A stretch of 64,000 nt of DNA. Source: an uncultured Candidatus Saccharibacteria bacterium. GTDB lineage: Bacteria; Patescibacteriota; Saccharimonadia; Saccharimonadales; JAGQNJ01. Where the stretch lies: assembly GCA_964504275.1 (NCBI GenBank), contig CAZDDV010000001.1, positions 20,982 through 84,981 of the forward strand, given 5' to 3'. Shown in pieces: positions 27,379-38,342 of this stretch. The notes below the pieces were generated by a model. The model ran no database searches. It was not told the DNA's origin and saw only the letters and a program-made list of their open reading frames with translations. Positions within the stretch are counted from its first letter, which is position 1. Each line of letters begins with the position of its first letter. Position numbers and translations under genes: made by a program.

Positions 27379-29505
27379 TTGTCGATGTTGGTGGCCACCC
27401 ATCGGTCTGATAAACTACTACTAACTATGGCGGAATCTAATAATCGTGAAAAAGAGCTCGAATCTGCACTTCGCCGAGCAAATACAACGCTTCAGCAGCG
27501 AACCAGACTTGCAAAAAAACTCGACAAAGACATAAAAAGCATTAAGGACAACCGGCTTTTTTTCGTGTATTTAGTCATGAGAAAAAGTATTGAGGCACCC
27601 AAAAAACTTGTTCGGTACACAAAACACATCGGATATTTAACAGCGCGCCGACTTATGCGAACCGACACAACGCGCCGCGTGGCAATCAAAATCGCCAAGA
27701 AAGCGCGACGAATCATGCCCGGTAGTCGCGCCGGCAAAAATACACGGTTGTTTGTTGAAGCACTCGATGCAACACGTCGCAAGCAGTATCAACAATGGGT
27801 CAAAAATCATTATCCTAACAAAGCAGTGATTGCCGCGCAAACAGAAAAATCAAACAATTGGAGCAAACGGCCGCTCATTAGCATTCTGGTACCAACCTAC
27901 AATACAGACATTTCTTTTTTGCGTGACGCGATTGACTCGGTTCAAAATCAAAGCTATCAAAATTGGGAACTGTGTATTGCTGACGATGCATCAACAGACC
28001 AAGAAGTTCGCGCAGTTATTCAAGACTACGCAAAAAAAGACGAACGCATAAAATACGTATTTCGCAAAAAGAATGGGCATATCTCTGAAGCATCGAATAG
28101 CGCGCTCGAGCTTGCTACTGGCGAATTCACCGGGCTGCTTGACCACGACGATGTACTATGGCCGAATGCATTATACGAAGTTGTAAAAGCCATACATACC
28201 GATGACGAAATTGACGTGCTGTATTCTGACGAAGAAAAAATTTCCGAAAATGGCAAGATCCACGAAGATCCATATTTTAAACCCGACTGGAGCCCCGACC
28301 AACTACGCTGCCATAATTACATGACACACTTTACTGTTATGCGAACTAAACTGGCTCGCAAAGTTGAGGGTTTTCACAAAGGATACGAGGGCGCACAAGA
28401 CTGGGATTTAATTTTGCGCACAACACGCGAGGCGCGAAAAGTTTTCCATATCCCAACAATTTTGTACAGTTGGCGCAAAGCACGAAATTCAACAGCGCTT
28501 CGGGCCGACGCCAAAGGCTATGCCTGGACGGTCCAAGAACATTTGCTCGCAGACGATCTAAACGCACGCGGTTTTGAGGGCAAGGTTATGAAAACCTCGA
28601 TGCTCGGTTTTTGGAAGATAAACTATAGATTAGACATGTCGCTCGTCTCGATAATTATTCCGACTAAAGACCAGTATGATCTGATAAAAAAATGCCTAGA
28701 ATCGATTGCCAAGTATACAACGTACCCAAACTACGAAATTATAATTGTTGATACCGGTTCGACCGATAAGCGTGTGTGGAGTTTGTACGAGTCTTACGCA
28801 AACAAAAATCTGCGAGTAGAAACATGGGAAAAGCCATTTAACTTTTCGAGTGTTTGTAACTACGGCGCCAAAAAATCAAACGGCAAGTATTTACTATTTT
28901 TGAATAATGATACCGAAGTAAAATCAGTCGATTGGGTCGAAGGATTAATGGGTTTGGCTCAACAAAAACATGTTGGCGCGGTTGGATGTAAACTGCTGTA
29001 TCCTGATGAGCGCATTCAACATGCAGGAATTATTTTGGGCGACGGTGGATTTCCGGACACGCCGGCGATAGCCGGGCATATTTTTGGCGGCTGGGACAAT
29101 GGCTTGCAAGACCAATACAAAATTATGTTTACCGAAGCCGTGCGCAATAGCTCGGCCGTTACTGCAGCCTGTATTATGATTTCGCGGCAGAAATTTGACG
29201 AAGTAAACGGTTTTGACGAATCATTTAAGATTGCGTTTAACGATGTAGATTTTTGCCTAAAACTGAGAGCCAAAAATTATGCGAATGTTTATAACGCCAA
29301 CGTTCGTATGTATCATCACGAGTCAGTTTCGGTTGGCCGAGCTGAGCGGGGTAGTCGCGACCTTGAACTATTCAAGCAAGAACATCGCCGCATGGCCAAA
29401 AAGTGGGGAAGTGAAACATTCGAAAACGATCCGTACTTTAACAAAAACTATACAATCGTGAACGGGCATGTAGAAATAAACCCGGACGCAGGCATAAACG
29501 ATTAG
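27379..29505 (+). CDS. Tandem two-domain GT2 glycosyltransferase.
   Basis: ISILVPTYNTD...CIADDAST and VSIIIPTKDQ...IIVDTGSTD. Alternative start at 27427. Confidence 0.7.
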   Translation: MSMLVATHRSDKLLLTMAESNNREKELESALRRANTTLQQRTRLAKKLDKDIKSIKDNRLFFVYLVMRKSIEAPKKLVRYTKHIGYLTARRLMRTDTTRRVAIKIAKKARRIMPGSRAGKNTRLFVEALDATRRKQYQQWVKNHYPNKAVIAAQTEKSNNWSKRPLISILVPTYNTDISFLRDAIDSVQNQSYQNWELCIADDASTDQEVRAVIQDYAKKDERIKYVFRKKNGHISEASNSALELATGEFTGLLDHDDVLWPNALYEVVKAIHTDDEIDVLYSDEEKISENGKIHEDPYFKPDWSPDQLRCHNYMTHFTVMRTKLARKVEGFHKGYEGAQDWDLILRTTREARKVFHIPTILYSWRKARNSTALRADAKGYAWTVQEHLLADDLNARGFEGKVMKTSMLGFWKINYRLDMSLVSIIIPTKDQYDLIKKCLESIAKYTTYPNYEIIIVDTGSTDKRVWSLYESYANKNLRVETWEKPFNFSSVCNYGAKKSNGKYLLFLNNDTEVKSVDWVEGLMGLAQQKHVGAVGCKLLYPDERIQHAGIILGDGGFPDTPAIAGHIFGGWDNGLQDQYKIMFTEAVRNSSAVTAACIMISRQKFDEVNGFDESFKIAFNDVDFCLKLRAKNYANVYNANVRMYHHESVSVGRAERGSRDLELFKQEHRRMAKKWGSETFENDPYFNKNYTIVNGHVEINPDAGIND

Positions 29506-29572
29506 CAACCGGATCCTTTTGCTCCAACATTAAAATACGCGAAGACAATCAACATGCACAACAAATGCGAAG

Positions 29573-31234
29573 TTATTTTATTTTGTCGAATAATTTTTTG
29601 CTAATAAAGAGCGAGCTACTAACTCCCCAACTGCGCGCTTTTGATTTACTGGTGGTACTCTCTAGATTGCCCGGAGATTTAATTCGGTAGTATTTGCTTC
29701 CGTAGCGGAAGGTTCGGCCAATTTCTCTGCTTGCAACCGGAAGTATGCTTAGGACATTTGGCGACAGCGTTGGTCCGTTTAGTACCCAATAGTTTGTGTT
29801 TCCGGCTTTTATTTTTCGTACTTTGCCGCTATCAATAACATACCACTGTGAGCCGACTTTAAACTTGTAGCTCATGCTTCGCTCGGTCGGAAGGCTGTTC
29901 ATCGTTGTTTCAGAAAAAGACTTGGTAAGTGGCCTGTCGTCTCCACCACGAATGAGATCTCGCGTCGAGCCACTCGAAACACGATACTTCTTGCCATTTT
30001 CTACAAAGTAGACTGCACTGCCGCCGGTTTTTTTAATCATGTAGGAAAGCGATTTATATTTGGTTAGCGTGTCGATCGTTTCACTGTTCAGGGTTGCGGC
30101 GTCACCAGTTTGCAGATTCCAAGCAGCACTAATAGCGTTTGAATGAATATAGTGTGCTTTGCCGCTATCTATAAAATACGGCTTGCCGCTACTGTGGGAT
30201 TTAGCAACTCTAGTGAGACCTTCGGCCACAGTCGGATATCCAGCTAAACTTTCACTTCCTATCACATCAATAGTATTGTCATGGAAGTCCCACGCTTTTA
30301 GCGCATCGTAGGTGAACACAGGAACTTTGCTGCCACGATCGATAAGATATATTCCGCCGTTTGCTGTTGCTCGCACTAGTTGTATTCCGCCACGTGTTGA
30401 GCCGAACCAGTTCTCGAACGACCGCACAAAATTATAACTTCCGGTGTAGTACTGGCCTTTTGTGCCGTATTTCGGCAGACCATACAGACCTTTTGGATTG
30501 TTGTAGGCGTGCGGTGTATAGCAGTAGAACGCGGCGGTTGCTGCGTTTTCCATATAGTGGGTTCGGTATGATGTTCCGTTGCCGTCCTTGAACGTAACGT
30601 TTTGCCTTGGATATAAATTAGGCGAGTAGAAATTCTTTTTGGTTCCACAGGTCCAACTGGAGCTTGGAGTCCACCAACTGTTATTCCGGTTGGCGCGCTC
30701 GTAGTGATAGCGCATTACCCAGGTACCGCTGTCGATTTGGTAGGCAAAATTTGATGATCCACTGCAATCACCCGTGGTCGGACAACCATATCCCATTGCT
30801 TGACTGAGCTGCCAGCTAGTCGGGTTTGTGGTGGTAATTAGGCTTTGTTCTTTTTGTAGCGTCGCTAAAATTACGCGTGGGTTGACGCCGTAGATCCTCG
30901 CAGCATAGTAGATGATCCTCGAGGCTAAATATTCTTCACTACAACTTGCGCCAGCAGCTTCGTAGAGTTCGCGCTCTTTGCTGTCAGACCCGTAACATTC
31001 GATACCATTTGCAGGCCGAAAATTTTTGAGTCCGCTATTTTTGGATTCCAAAAAGGTTTGTATTTGATCGGCAGACATGGTGTTTGCATCGCGAAAAACA
31101 GCATCGTCAATGATTCGACCGCCAGCATACGCAGCTGATGCAGATGGTGCAAAAAGCAGAGAGGCAAACATAAACAGCGCAGCAATAATGCTGCCAGAAA
31201 TGAGCCAGCGACTACGAAGAGTTTGGAGTAGCAT
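29573..31234 (-). CDS. Secreted protein with a hydrolase-like N-terminal domain and about 5 C-terminal repeats of roughly 40 aa (possible cell-wall-binding).
   Basis: Signal peptide ...PSASA|AY. Repeats GSKVPVFTY / GKPYFIDSGKAHYI / GKKYRVSSG / GSQWYVIDSGKVRKI / GSKYYRIKSPG. Confidence 0.3.
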   Translation of the reverse strand: MLLQTLRSRWLISGSIIAALFMFASLLFAPSASAAYAGGRIIDDAVFRDANTMSADQIQTFLESKNSGLKNFRPANGIECYGSDSKERELYEAAGASCSEEYLASRIIYYAARIYGVNPRVILATLQKEQSLITTTNPTSWQLSQAMGYGCPTTGDCSGSSNFAYQIDSGTWVMRYHYERANRNNSWWTPSSSWTCGTKKNFYSPNLYPRQNVTFKDGNGTSYRTHYMENAATAAFYCYTPHAYNNPKGLYGLPKYGTKGQYYTGSYNFVRSFENWFGSTRGGIQLVRATANGGIYLIDRGSKVPVFTYDALKAWDFHDNTIDVIGSESLAGYPTVAEGLTRVAKSHSSGKPYFIDSGKAHYIHSNAISAAWNLQTGDAATLNSETIDTLTKYKSLSYMIKKTGGSAVYFVENGKKYRVSSGSTRDLIRGGDDRPLTKSFSETTMNSLPTERSMSYKFKVGSQWYVIDSGKVRKIKAGNTNYWVLNGPTLSPNVLSILPVASREIGRTFRYGSKYYRIKSPGNLESTTSKSKARSWGVSSSLFISKKLFDKIK

Positions 31235-31236
31235 AA

Positions 31237-31809
31237 CTATTTAAACCTCACAGGAATCTCAACAACATCAACTTCTGTGTCGTCGGCGAGTGTTCGGAAG
31301 ACATCGACGCGACCTTCGCTGCCGTTAGAGCTGAAGCTAAATGTGCCAGAGAATTTTCCGCTAACAACTTTGAGTGTGCCGGTGCCAATGACGCCGATTT
31401 TATCGTCGATGAGCCGGTAGCTAATGGTGCCAACTTTTGACGAGCCGCTAATTGTGGCGTCATTGTCGAGTAGCGTATTTTTTGCGGGCTGGTTGACAGT
31501 AATATTGCCAGAACTAGAAGATATGCTCGAGCTTGTATCTGTTTGTGGCTTTGTTTTGTTTGGTTTGTCGGCGTCATCAATAATGCCACCATCGCGCGCG
31601 ACTGATTCGGTAACGGTGCGTGGCGTGCCTTCTTTAAAATCTGAATCTGCCGCAGGGGCGTTAATTTCAGCCGTAGAATTCGCGTTGCGGCGTGTCCAAA
31701 ACCACCAACCACCAAGCACGATAATCGCTATCATAAAAATCGTAAAAAACATGACAAAACGTTTGTTGTTTTTGGTTTTGCGCGGAGCTCGGTAGTTGTA
31801 GGTTTTCAT
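31237..31809 (-). CDS. Hypothetical membrane-anchored protein.
   Basis: N-terminal TM FVMFFTIFMIAIIVLGGWWFW; Ser/Thr-rich linker. Confidence 0.3.
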   Translation of the reverse strand: MKTYNYRAPRKTKNNKRFVMFFTIFMIAIIVLGGWWFWTRRNANSTAEINAPAADSDFKEGTPRTVTESVARDGGIIDDADKPNKTKPQTDTSSSISSSSGNITVNQPAKNTLLDNDATISGSSKVGTISYRLIDDKIGVIGTGTLKVVSGKFSGTFSFSSNGSEGRVDVFRTLADDTEVDVVEIPVRFK

Positions 31810-31968
31810 GTAATTTTGATCCTTTAACCTAATTAGCTTTAGGATAATTTGCTGGCTTGCAATGATGCAAAAAGGGAATACAAGTATTATATCCCCCCAG
31901 AACTACCTTAGCATAAGCTTTTCTTGCCCGCAACCTCTGTAACTGCTCGCTTGCACGCCGACTAGTCA

Positions 31969-33102
31969 GTGATGTTGCTACCTGGTACACTTGCCGGTAG
32001 TGTTATGAATGATCGACCTCGGAAAATAAAAGTGTGTTACGTGCTTTCGTATCACCAGCCGAACTACGTGCGCTCCCTGGCGTTACTTGGGCTTCTGCGC
32101 GCCAATAATCAGTTTGAAGTTCTTGAAGCCAGAAATAAAACAAAAGGTTTGCTTCGGTATGCTCAAACAATACTGCAACTTATTTTGTGCCGAATAAAGT
32201 ATCGCCCAGATGTATATATATTGGGTTTCCGTGGATATGAAATTTTCCTGCCCGTACGCATACTTACCATTGGCAAGCCACTTATATACGACGAGTTTAT
32301 CAACTTGTACGACTGGTTTGTGTTGGAGCACAAAAAAATAAAATCAGATTCGTTCACTGCGCGTCTTATTATGTGGTACAGTCGGCTGACGCTGAAGTTG
32401 TCGGATAGTGTTGTGACCGACACAAGTTTAAATGCAGAATTTTCTAGTCGTGTGCACGGGCTCGAACGGACAAAATTCACGCACATATATGTTGGCACCG
32501 ACGAAGCAACATTTACGCCCGGCAATAAAAAAACACCAACAAAAAATCTAGAGGTTTTGTTTTATGGAAACATGTTGCCGCTGCACGGTGTTGAGCATAT
32601 GCTTGATGCAATGCGACAGTTACAAGATAAGCCAGTTCATTTTACAATTATTGGTGGCAAAAAAACAAAATACGAAACAGTTATACATCAGTTTTTGAAC
32701 GAGCATAATCTTTCAAATGTAACCTATAAAAATTGGGTTCCGTATCATGATTTGCCAACATACATTGGTGCCGCTGATTTGTGTTTGGGCGGACCATTTG
32801 GCGGAACATCACAGGCGAGCAAGGTTATAACGGGCAAGACATTCCAGTTTTTGGCGATGGCAAAACCGGTGCTGATTGGTCATATTGATGAGGAAGTTGG
32901 TTTTGTAGACGGCAAGAATTGTTTAAAAATTTCTCAGGCTAGCGAAAAACAATTACGTGAAAAAATTGTCTGGGCCATACAACACCGCGGTGAGCTTGAG
33001 CAGATTGGTCTTGGCGGTAAAAGGTTGTATGATGAAAAGTTTTCGAAACAGGCACAACACCAAAAACTCACAGATATTATTGCGAAAGTAACGAGAGTTT
33101 AA
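31969..33102 (+). CDS. Glycosyltransferase, GT-B fold (GT1/GT4-like).
   Basis: C-terminal Rossmann half with VLFYGNMLPLHGVEHML...IIGG...KPVLIG. Confidence 0.5.
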   Translation: MMLLPGTLAGSVMNDRPRKIKVCYVLSYHQPNYVRSLALLGLLRANNQFEVLEARNKTKGLLRYAQTILQLILCRIKYRPDVYILGFRGYEIFLPVRILTIGKPLIYDEFINLYDWFVLEHKKIKSDSFTARLIMWYSRLTLKLSDSVVTDTSLNAEFSSRVHGLERTKFTHIYVGTDEATFTPGNKKTPTKNLEVLFYGNMLPLHGVEHMLDAMRQLQDKPVHFTIIGGKKTKYETVIHQFLNEHNLSNVTYKNWVPYHDLPTYIGAADLCLGGPFGGTSQASKVITGKTFQFLAMAKPVLIGHIDEEVGFVDGKNCLKISQASEKQLREKIVWAIQHRGELEQIGLGGKRLYDEKFSKQAQHQKLTDIIAKVTRV

Positions 33103-34160
33103 GCTACGATATTTTCGTAAATGCTTTGGTAGTCTGCTGTCATTTTTTGAAAATGTTTGTCTGTAGTCTCGGCGCGAATAGTTTGGTTTTTTAACGCGGT
33201 GGACATTATTTCTGCAAAAGCAATCCAATTTTTGCTGACATCGGCAGTGAAGATATTCGCCTCGGACAAATCGATCTGCTCGCTAATAGCAACAGTCGTA
33301 CCAAGTTGCAGGCTTTCAGTAATCACTAGCGGTGGCTGAAATTTACTGTCCATTTTTTTGCTCGGAAATATCACGAGGTCGGCAGCCTCAAGTAGTGGAA
33401 TTATTTCGCTGGTCTGACCAACGGAAAAAACGCGGCCAGGGAATTTTTCTGCAAGGATTTTTCCGGTTCCACGCGAATCAAATCGGCAGGCAAGCAGCAC
33501 AATACTGTTCGGTGTTTTTTGCAGAAAAAGTTTGAGTGCTTCGGCAAAGCTTACGTCGACACCAAGTCTATCGAACTCGCCCGGGAACACGACAATATGC
33601 TTTGCGCCCAAAAACTGCGCCCGCGTTTTTGTTCGCCGCGCTGCATCATATGCAATTCGTTTTTTCGGCGGCCAGGGGCAAATCAAAGAAACATGATCAT
33701 GGAGTTTGGAGACTTGCTGAAACGTTTTTTCTGACTGACAAACAATATGATCGCCCCACAGTAATTTTTTGAGTTCTTTCTGCGAAATATCAACTTTCGG
33801 CAATCCAGTAATTGTCTGCACGAATTTTGTGCCTTGTCTGCGGGCACGTTTTGTCGCTAACTTTATGAGTAATACATTTTGTTTGGTCGGAATATGTGCG
33901 GTCTGAACAACGTCAAACAAATGTGCCGTTTTAAAAATACCCCGCAAGAATTCGTTGCGCTGTTTGGTGTTCCAGCCGATATCACTAAAGATTTTTTTGG
34001 TTTGCAGGTTACTGTCGGTTATTGTTGCAGAAAAAAAGTAGGGCTCGATAATTGTACTGTTCGCAAACGACGTCGCGATGTCTTTTAGTAATACAAAACC
34101 GCCTTCATGCGGTGGCGATTCAATCGCGCGAGTTGCAAACAATACATTGATCGGCTTCAT
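33099..34160 (-). CDS. Glycosyltransferase, GT-B fold (GT4-like).
   Basis: Start ATG 34160 (MKPINVLFATR). C-terminal LLEAADLVIFPS...ITESLQLGTTV. Confidence 0.45.
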   Translation of the reverse strand: MKPINVLFATRAIESPPHEGGFVLLKDIATSFANSTIIEPYFFSATITDSNLQTKKIFSDIGWNTKQRNEFLRGIFKTAHLFDVVQTAHIPTKQNVLLIKLATKRARRQGTKFVQTITGLPKVDISQKELKKLLWGDHIVCQSEKTFQQVSKLHDHVSLICPWPPKKRIAYDAARRTKTRAQFLGAKHIVVFPGEFDRLGVDVSFAEALKLFLQKTPNSIVLLACRFDSRGTGKILAEKFPGRVFSVGQTSEIIPLLEAADLVIFPSKKMDSKFQPPLVITESLQLGTTVAISEQIDLSEANIFTADVSKNWIAFAEIMSTALKNQTIRAETTDKHFQKMTADYQSIYENIVA

Positions 34161-34161
34161 A

Positions 34162-35385
34162 CTACTTTTTCGGCGATACTTTTTTGAAGTAACCGCGAAC
34201 CATGCGTTTGGATTTGGCGCCATAATGTTTCAGCAACATTTTGTATCGCTTTAAATGATTGCGAAGTGGCGTGCGGCGTTTTTTGATAAATTTTGCGCCA
34301 GCAGCGACGCCGATTTTAATGTGATCTTCGTGAAAATATACCGATAGATCATCTGGTTGCGTAAAAACGTATTTGTTTTTTTTCAAAAAGCCGGCTAATA
34401 ATCGAACGGCTTCACCATTGCTGAATGATTGTTCATTCAAATCTATGTCGACCGAACTCGCTAGTTTGATTAAACGAGCTTTGTAGTCCTCGCCAGTTTT
34501 TGGTTTTTGAATTACTGCGTGGTAGAGCAGGCTGTAAAAAAAGTCTTCTGGCGCCGCAACGTAAAATCCCTTTTTGTTCAAAACGCGGCGTTTAAGAATA
34601 TCGATTTCCCACAACGGATCGTAGTAGTTATCGCCAACATTTCTAAAATCAAAAAATACTTTTTCGTTTTTGATTATTACTTCGTTGTATACTCGGTGAT
34701 TTTGAGCAAATACGGCTTTGGCATTTGTTGTGAGCGCCGCATCTTTGTAATCAGCAACCAACATATCAATATCGCCGTGGTCTTTGGCGTAGTATTTGTC
34801 AGGTATTGCGTCAAAATTCCGAAGCACAACATAATCAATGGTGTTGTTGAGCACGTACAGCACTTGCTCTAAACTTTGCCAGTCATCTGCGCCTACGACA
34901 TCTTGTTTGTAGATTTCGATATCACGACTTGGCTTCCCAAATGTCTTTACAAGGTCTTCAGTATTTTTGCCAAAAAGTAATGTTAAGTCGTGGTCAGTTT
35001 CGGTCGGGGAGTTAGTGCCGTGAATTAAATGCCCACCACCAGTCCATTCGCGGTGCGTGGTTTTGGCCAAAAATAAATTACTGTTGACCTCTTTGTCGCC
35101 CTTTGATGTTGTGTGAGTTTTGTAAGTTGGATTTTGGTCCTCAACAATAACAGCCAAAAATGGGTTTGTACCAATGTGAGCTTCTTTTTTGGCGTTTGGC
35201 GGCAGCTGCGTCCCATAAAAACGTGAAAGGTTTTGGGTGAAGTTTTTCTTGTTCCAGTGGATTTCGTAAACTTTTAAGATGTTAAATCGCACAGATATAT
35301 CGTCGAGGATTTTTTGTTCGATAACGCGCGCGTTCTCCCAGATAATAAACAAGTGGATTTCTGGAGTGTTAGTATTTTTTAGCAT
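34162..35385 (-). CDS. Hypothetical protein; possible LicD/fukutin-like nucleotidyltransferase-fold phosphotransferase.
   Basis: HGDIDMLVAD motif; location within the glycan locus. Confidence 0.25.
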   Translation of the reverse strand: MLKNTNTPEIHLFIIWENARVIEQKILDDISVRFNILKVYEIHWNKKNFTQNLSRFYGTQLPPNAKKEAHIGTNPFLAVIVEDQNPTYKTHTTSKGDKEVNSNLFLAKTTHREWTGGGHLIHGTNSPTETDHDLTLLFGKNTEDLVKTFGKPSRDIEIYKQDVVGADDWQSLEQVLYVLNNTIDYVVLRNFDAIPDKYYAKDHGDIDMLVADYKDAALTTNAKAVFAQNHRVYNEVIIKNEKVFFDFRNVGDNYYDPLWEIDILKRRVLNKKGFYVAAPEDFFYSLLYHAVIQKPKTGEDYKARLIKLASSVDIDLNEQSFSNGEAVRLLAGFLKKNKYVFTQPDDLSVYFHEDHIKIGVAAGAKFIKKRRTPLRNHLKRYKMLLKHYGAKSKRMVRGYFKKVSPKK

Positions 35386-35388
35386 TAC

Positions 35389-36756
35389 TTAATTGTACTG
35401 TTTTGGTTTACGGCCGACAACCTTAAGCATCCACGAACGCAAGATACCAAACGGAAGCGACCACACGCCCAAGTATCGTCGCACTAAAATCAGCATAATG
35501 ATGTTAGATAACCCGACTGTAACCGCGGTTGCAATTGCAGCGCCTACAACTCCAAAATGTGGAATGATTGTTACTCCGAGCACAATATTAATACCAAGCG
35601 ATCCACAAACCGTTGCGGCCAGTGCTTTCTCGCGGCCGGTCATCGCTAGAATAAAAAGTGTCGGCCCGACAATGATATTAACGAATTGCCCAACAGCCAA
35701 GATTCGGAGTGCAGTAACGCCACCTATAAATTCTGCGCCAAACAGGCCAAGGATAAATTCCGGGAAAACCATCATGATTAAAAATAATGGCAAGCCGAGC
35801 AAAAATCCAAGCGCGCTGGTTTTGCCAAATATTTTTTCTAACTTACTTTTTTGATTACTGGCGTACAGTTCAGAAATTGTCGTGCCGGCAATCGTGTTGA
35901 TTGCAGTGAGTATTAGTGTGAGCACCAACGAAACTTTCAGCGCTGCATTGTAAACACCAACATCCGTCGTGCTGGCGAGCGCGCCCAAAACTAGAACGCT
36001 GGCTTGTCCAATCATTTGCGTCCCGAAAGCCACAAACAGCAGCGGAACGCCACTGGAAAGCAGCATTTTTTTGCTGTATGTTTGGTTGGTTTTTGCAGCC
36101 GGTAAGTATTTGTGTACAAAAAACATGCCCACGACGACCGAAATCGCGCAGCTGAGTACAAAGCCGACGGCCATGCCCTTGATTCCGTACAGTGCACCCA
36201 GGCTAAAAATTGCCACGATGCCAAGCGCATAGATTATAACGCGTTCAACAATTAAAGATTCGCGGGTGCGTTTTAGTGCTCGCAGGAAACCACCGTAAAT
36301 AAATCTAAGCGAATAAAACGGCAAACCAAACGAGAAAATCTGAATGTATATTGTAAGCCCAGGATCATTGAATACGCGCGCCGCGAGCCATGGAGCCGCC
36401 AAAAATAGTCCAAAGGTCAAAATGGCTGTTAGCGTAATGACAATCCCAAGAGTTGTGCGTTTAATTGCCGACGCACTGTCGTAATCTTTTTTGAGCAGCA
36501 AAGGCGGCATCAGTCGGACAACCGTTCGATCAAGCCCGATGTGCCCAAGGAGCGAAAGCGTCAGAATAACTGAGAAGCATAAGTAAAAAATCCCGGTACC
36601 GCTGGCGCCGAATTGTCGTGCCATCAAAAGGTCAAACACAAACTGAATGCCAGTTGCCAGTCCAAGAATAAGCAAGCCCCAGATAGAATGCCGAATAATC
36701 TCGACAAAATCTTTATCGCCAGTTTTAAATAACAAGCTTAGCCTCGTTGCTTTCAT
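35389..36756 (-). CDS. Polysaccharide flippase (Wzx/MOP superfamily).
   Basis: About 12 TM helices in a 455-aa protein, typical length and topology. Confidence 0.55.
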   Translation of the reverse strand: MKATRLSLLFKTGDKDFVEIIRHSIWGLLILGLATGIQFVFDLLMARQFGASGTGIFYLCFSVILTLSLLGHIGLDRTVVRLMPPLLLKKDYDSASAIKRTTLGIVITLTAILTFGLFLAAPWLAARVFNDPGLTIYIQIFSFGLPFYSLRFIYGGFLRALKRTRESLIVERVIIYALGIVAIFSLGALYGIKGMAVGFVLSCAISVVVGMFFVHKYLPAAKTNQTYSKKMLLSSGVPLLFVAFGTQMIGQASVLVLGALASTTDVGVYNAALKVSLVLTLILTAINTIAGTTISELYASNQKSKLEKIFGKTSALGFLLGLPLFLIMMVFPEFILGLFGAEFIGGVTALRILAVGQFVNIIVGPTLFILAMTGREKALAATVCGSLGINIVLGVTIIPHFGVVGAAIATAVTVGLSNIIMLILVRRYLGVWSLPFGILRSWMLKVVGRKPKQYN

Positions 36757-36866
36757 TACTTATGCAGTATAGCAAAAGTAATGGCCGAGAGCTGTAGCTG
36801 TGCCAGGATTAGCCGTAAGTACGATATAATATGAGCAGTAAAACAGACTGGTAATGAAAAGGGAAT

Positions 36867-38342
36867 ATGGCCAAACCAAACCAAAAAACAACCAAACGCA
36901 ATAATCCTGAGTCCAGGCAGCGTGGTTTTGTTGCGCGCACAGCAGAAACCATACTACGCGGTATTGGTTCTAAAAAGTTTTTGTATGCGACGCTTATTTG
37001 GTTTGTTTTTTCGGCTGGATTTATCGCAATGACGACCTCTCGGGCCGTGGCGCCAGACGAAACAGCACATCTCAGCAGAGTTAAGATATATGCAGAGGGC
37101 GGAGTCACGCCGTTTATCCACCAGACGGAAGCAACGTATTATCTCGGTGCTGTCGAACAACAGCCAAATTACTTATTCCATTATCTAATGAGTATGCCGT
37201 ATCGATTCATGCCAGATGCGTGGTCGCCAAACACAAAAATCGTATTGCTTAGATTAATCAACATGGTATTTGTGCTTTGCGGGCTGGTGGTTTTTAGTCG
37301 TACAGTACGACGGTTAACAAGAAGCACTTTAGTACAAAATCTTAGCGTTTTTATGCTGAGTAACACGCTGATGTTCGTGTTTTTGGCGGGCGTGCTCAAT
37401 TATGATAATCTTTTCTTTTTGACTACGTGCGTAGCATTTTACTACTTGGTAAAACTACTGCAGAAGTTTAGTTTGCAAGATTTCCTTAAGCTTGGAATCG
37501 CTGTTGCGATTGCGCTATTAACTAAATTTACCTTCGTGCCACTTGCGGTCATGTTTGCAATTGTATTGATTGTTCGATATTGTCGTGAATTACGATCAGT
37601 CTGGCAAACAAGCAAAACAGAAATCAAAGAATACAGAAAACCACTTATTATTTTGGCGATATTATTTGCGCTGGTATTTGGTTTTTTTGCCGAGCGCTAC
37701 GTCGGCAACTTTATAAAGTACGGCAGCTATCGCCCTAAATGCGAGAACGTCCTTGGGCATGAAAAGTGTCTGAGCAGCGCCTTGTACCGTAGGAACCTTT
37801 CGTTTAAGGACAAAGAGGTTACTCAAAAAATTCCTAACGAACAATTCGTAGCAAAATGGATGTTGCGAACCAAAGAAACAATTTTTGGCATTATGGGCCA
37901 CCATTCGCTTGCGCAGGCACCGCTGATTAAATATGGCAGCCTGGTTGTGATTGCAGTTATGCTGTTTGCATTCGTGCGCACGGTGAGCCCGCGGGATAGC
38001 ACTATGTTTTATTTGATTGCCATAATTTTGATGTATGTTGGGACGCTTATTATTCACAATCATAATTTATTTCAGCGATCACAGATTTTTGGCATGGCAC
38101 TGCAAGGGCGATATATTTTCCCAGTACTAGGAATGATATATTTTGTCGGCAACTTTTTTGTAGAGCGTCTGATGCGCAAAAATCGCGTGGCGTATGCAAG
38201 TTACGCACTTTTTGTAGTTGTACTATTTTTTGCCAGTGCATTACCAGCCTATATATATGTCACGAGTTCGATTTGGTTTATGCCGTCGGCGGAGCCATTT
38301 GTGCATCAAATACAATTGGTATTGAGAGCGATTCTTCCCTAA
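36867..38342 (+). CDS. Polytopic membrane protein, GT-C-like (ArnT/PMT-type) glycosyltransferase candidate.
   Basis: Multi-TM with an early extracytoplasmic loop after TM1. Confidence 0.3.
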   Translation: MAKPNQKTTKRNNPESRQRGFVARTAETILRGIGSKKFLYATLIWFVFSAGFIAMTTSRAVAPDETAHLSRVKIYAEGGVTPFIHQTEATYYLGAVEQQPNYLFHYLMSMPYRFMPDAWSPNTKIVLLRLINMVFVLCGLVVFSRTVRRLTRSTLVQNLSVFMLSNTLMFVFLAGVLNYDNLFFLTTCVAFYYLVKLLQKFSLQDFLKLGIAVAIALLTKFTFVPLAVMFAIVLIVRYCRELRSVWQTSKTEIKEYRKPLIILAILFALVFGFFAERYVGNFIKYGSYRPKCENVLGHEKCLSSALYRRNLSFKDKEVTQKIPNEQFVAKWMLRTKETIFGIMGHHSLAQAPLIKYGSLVVIAVMLFAFVRTVSPRDSTMFYLIAIILMYVGTLIIHNHNLFQRSQIFGMALQGRYIFPVLGMIYFVGNFFVERLMRKNRVAYASYALFVVVLFFASALPAYIYVTSSIWFMPSAEPFVHQIQLVLRAILP

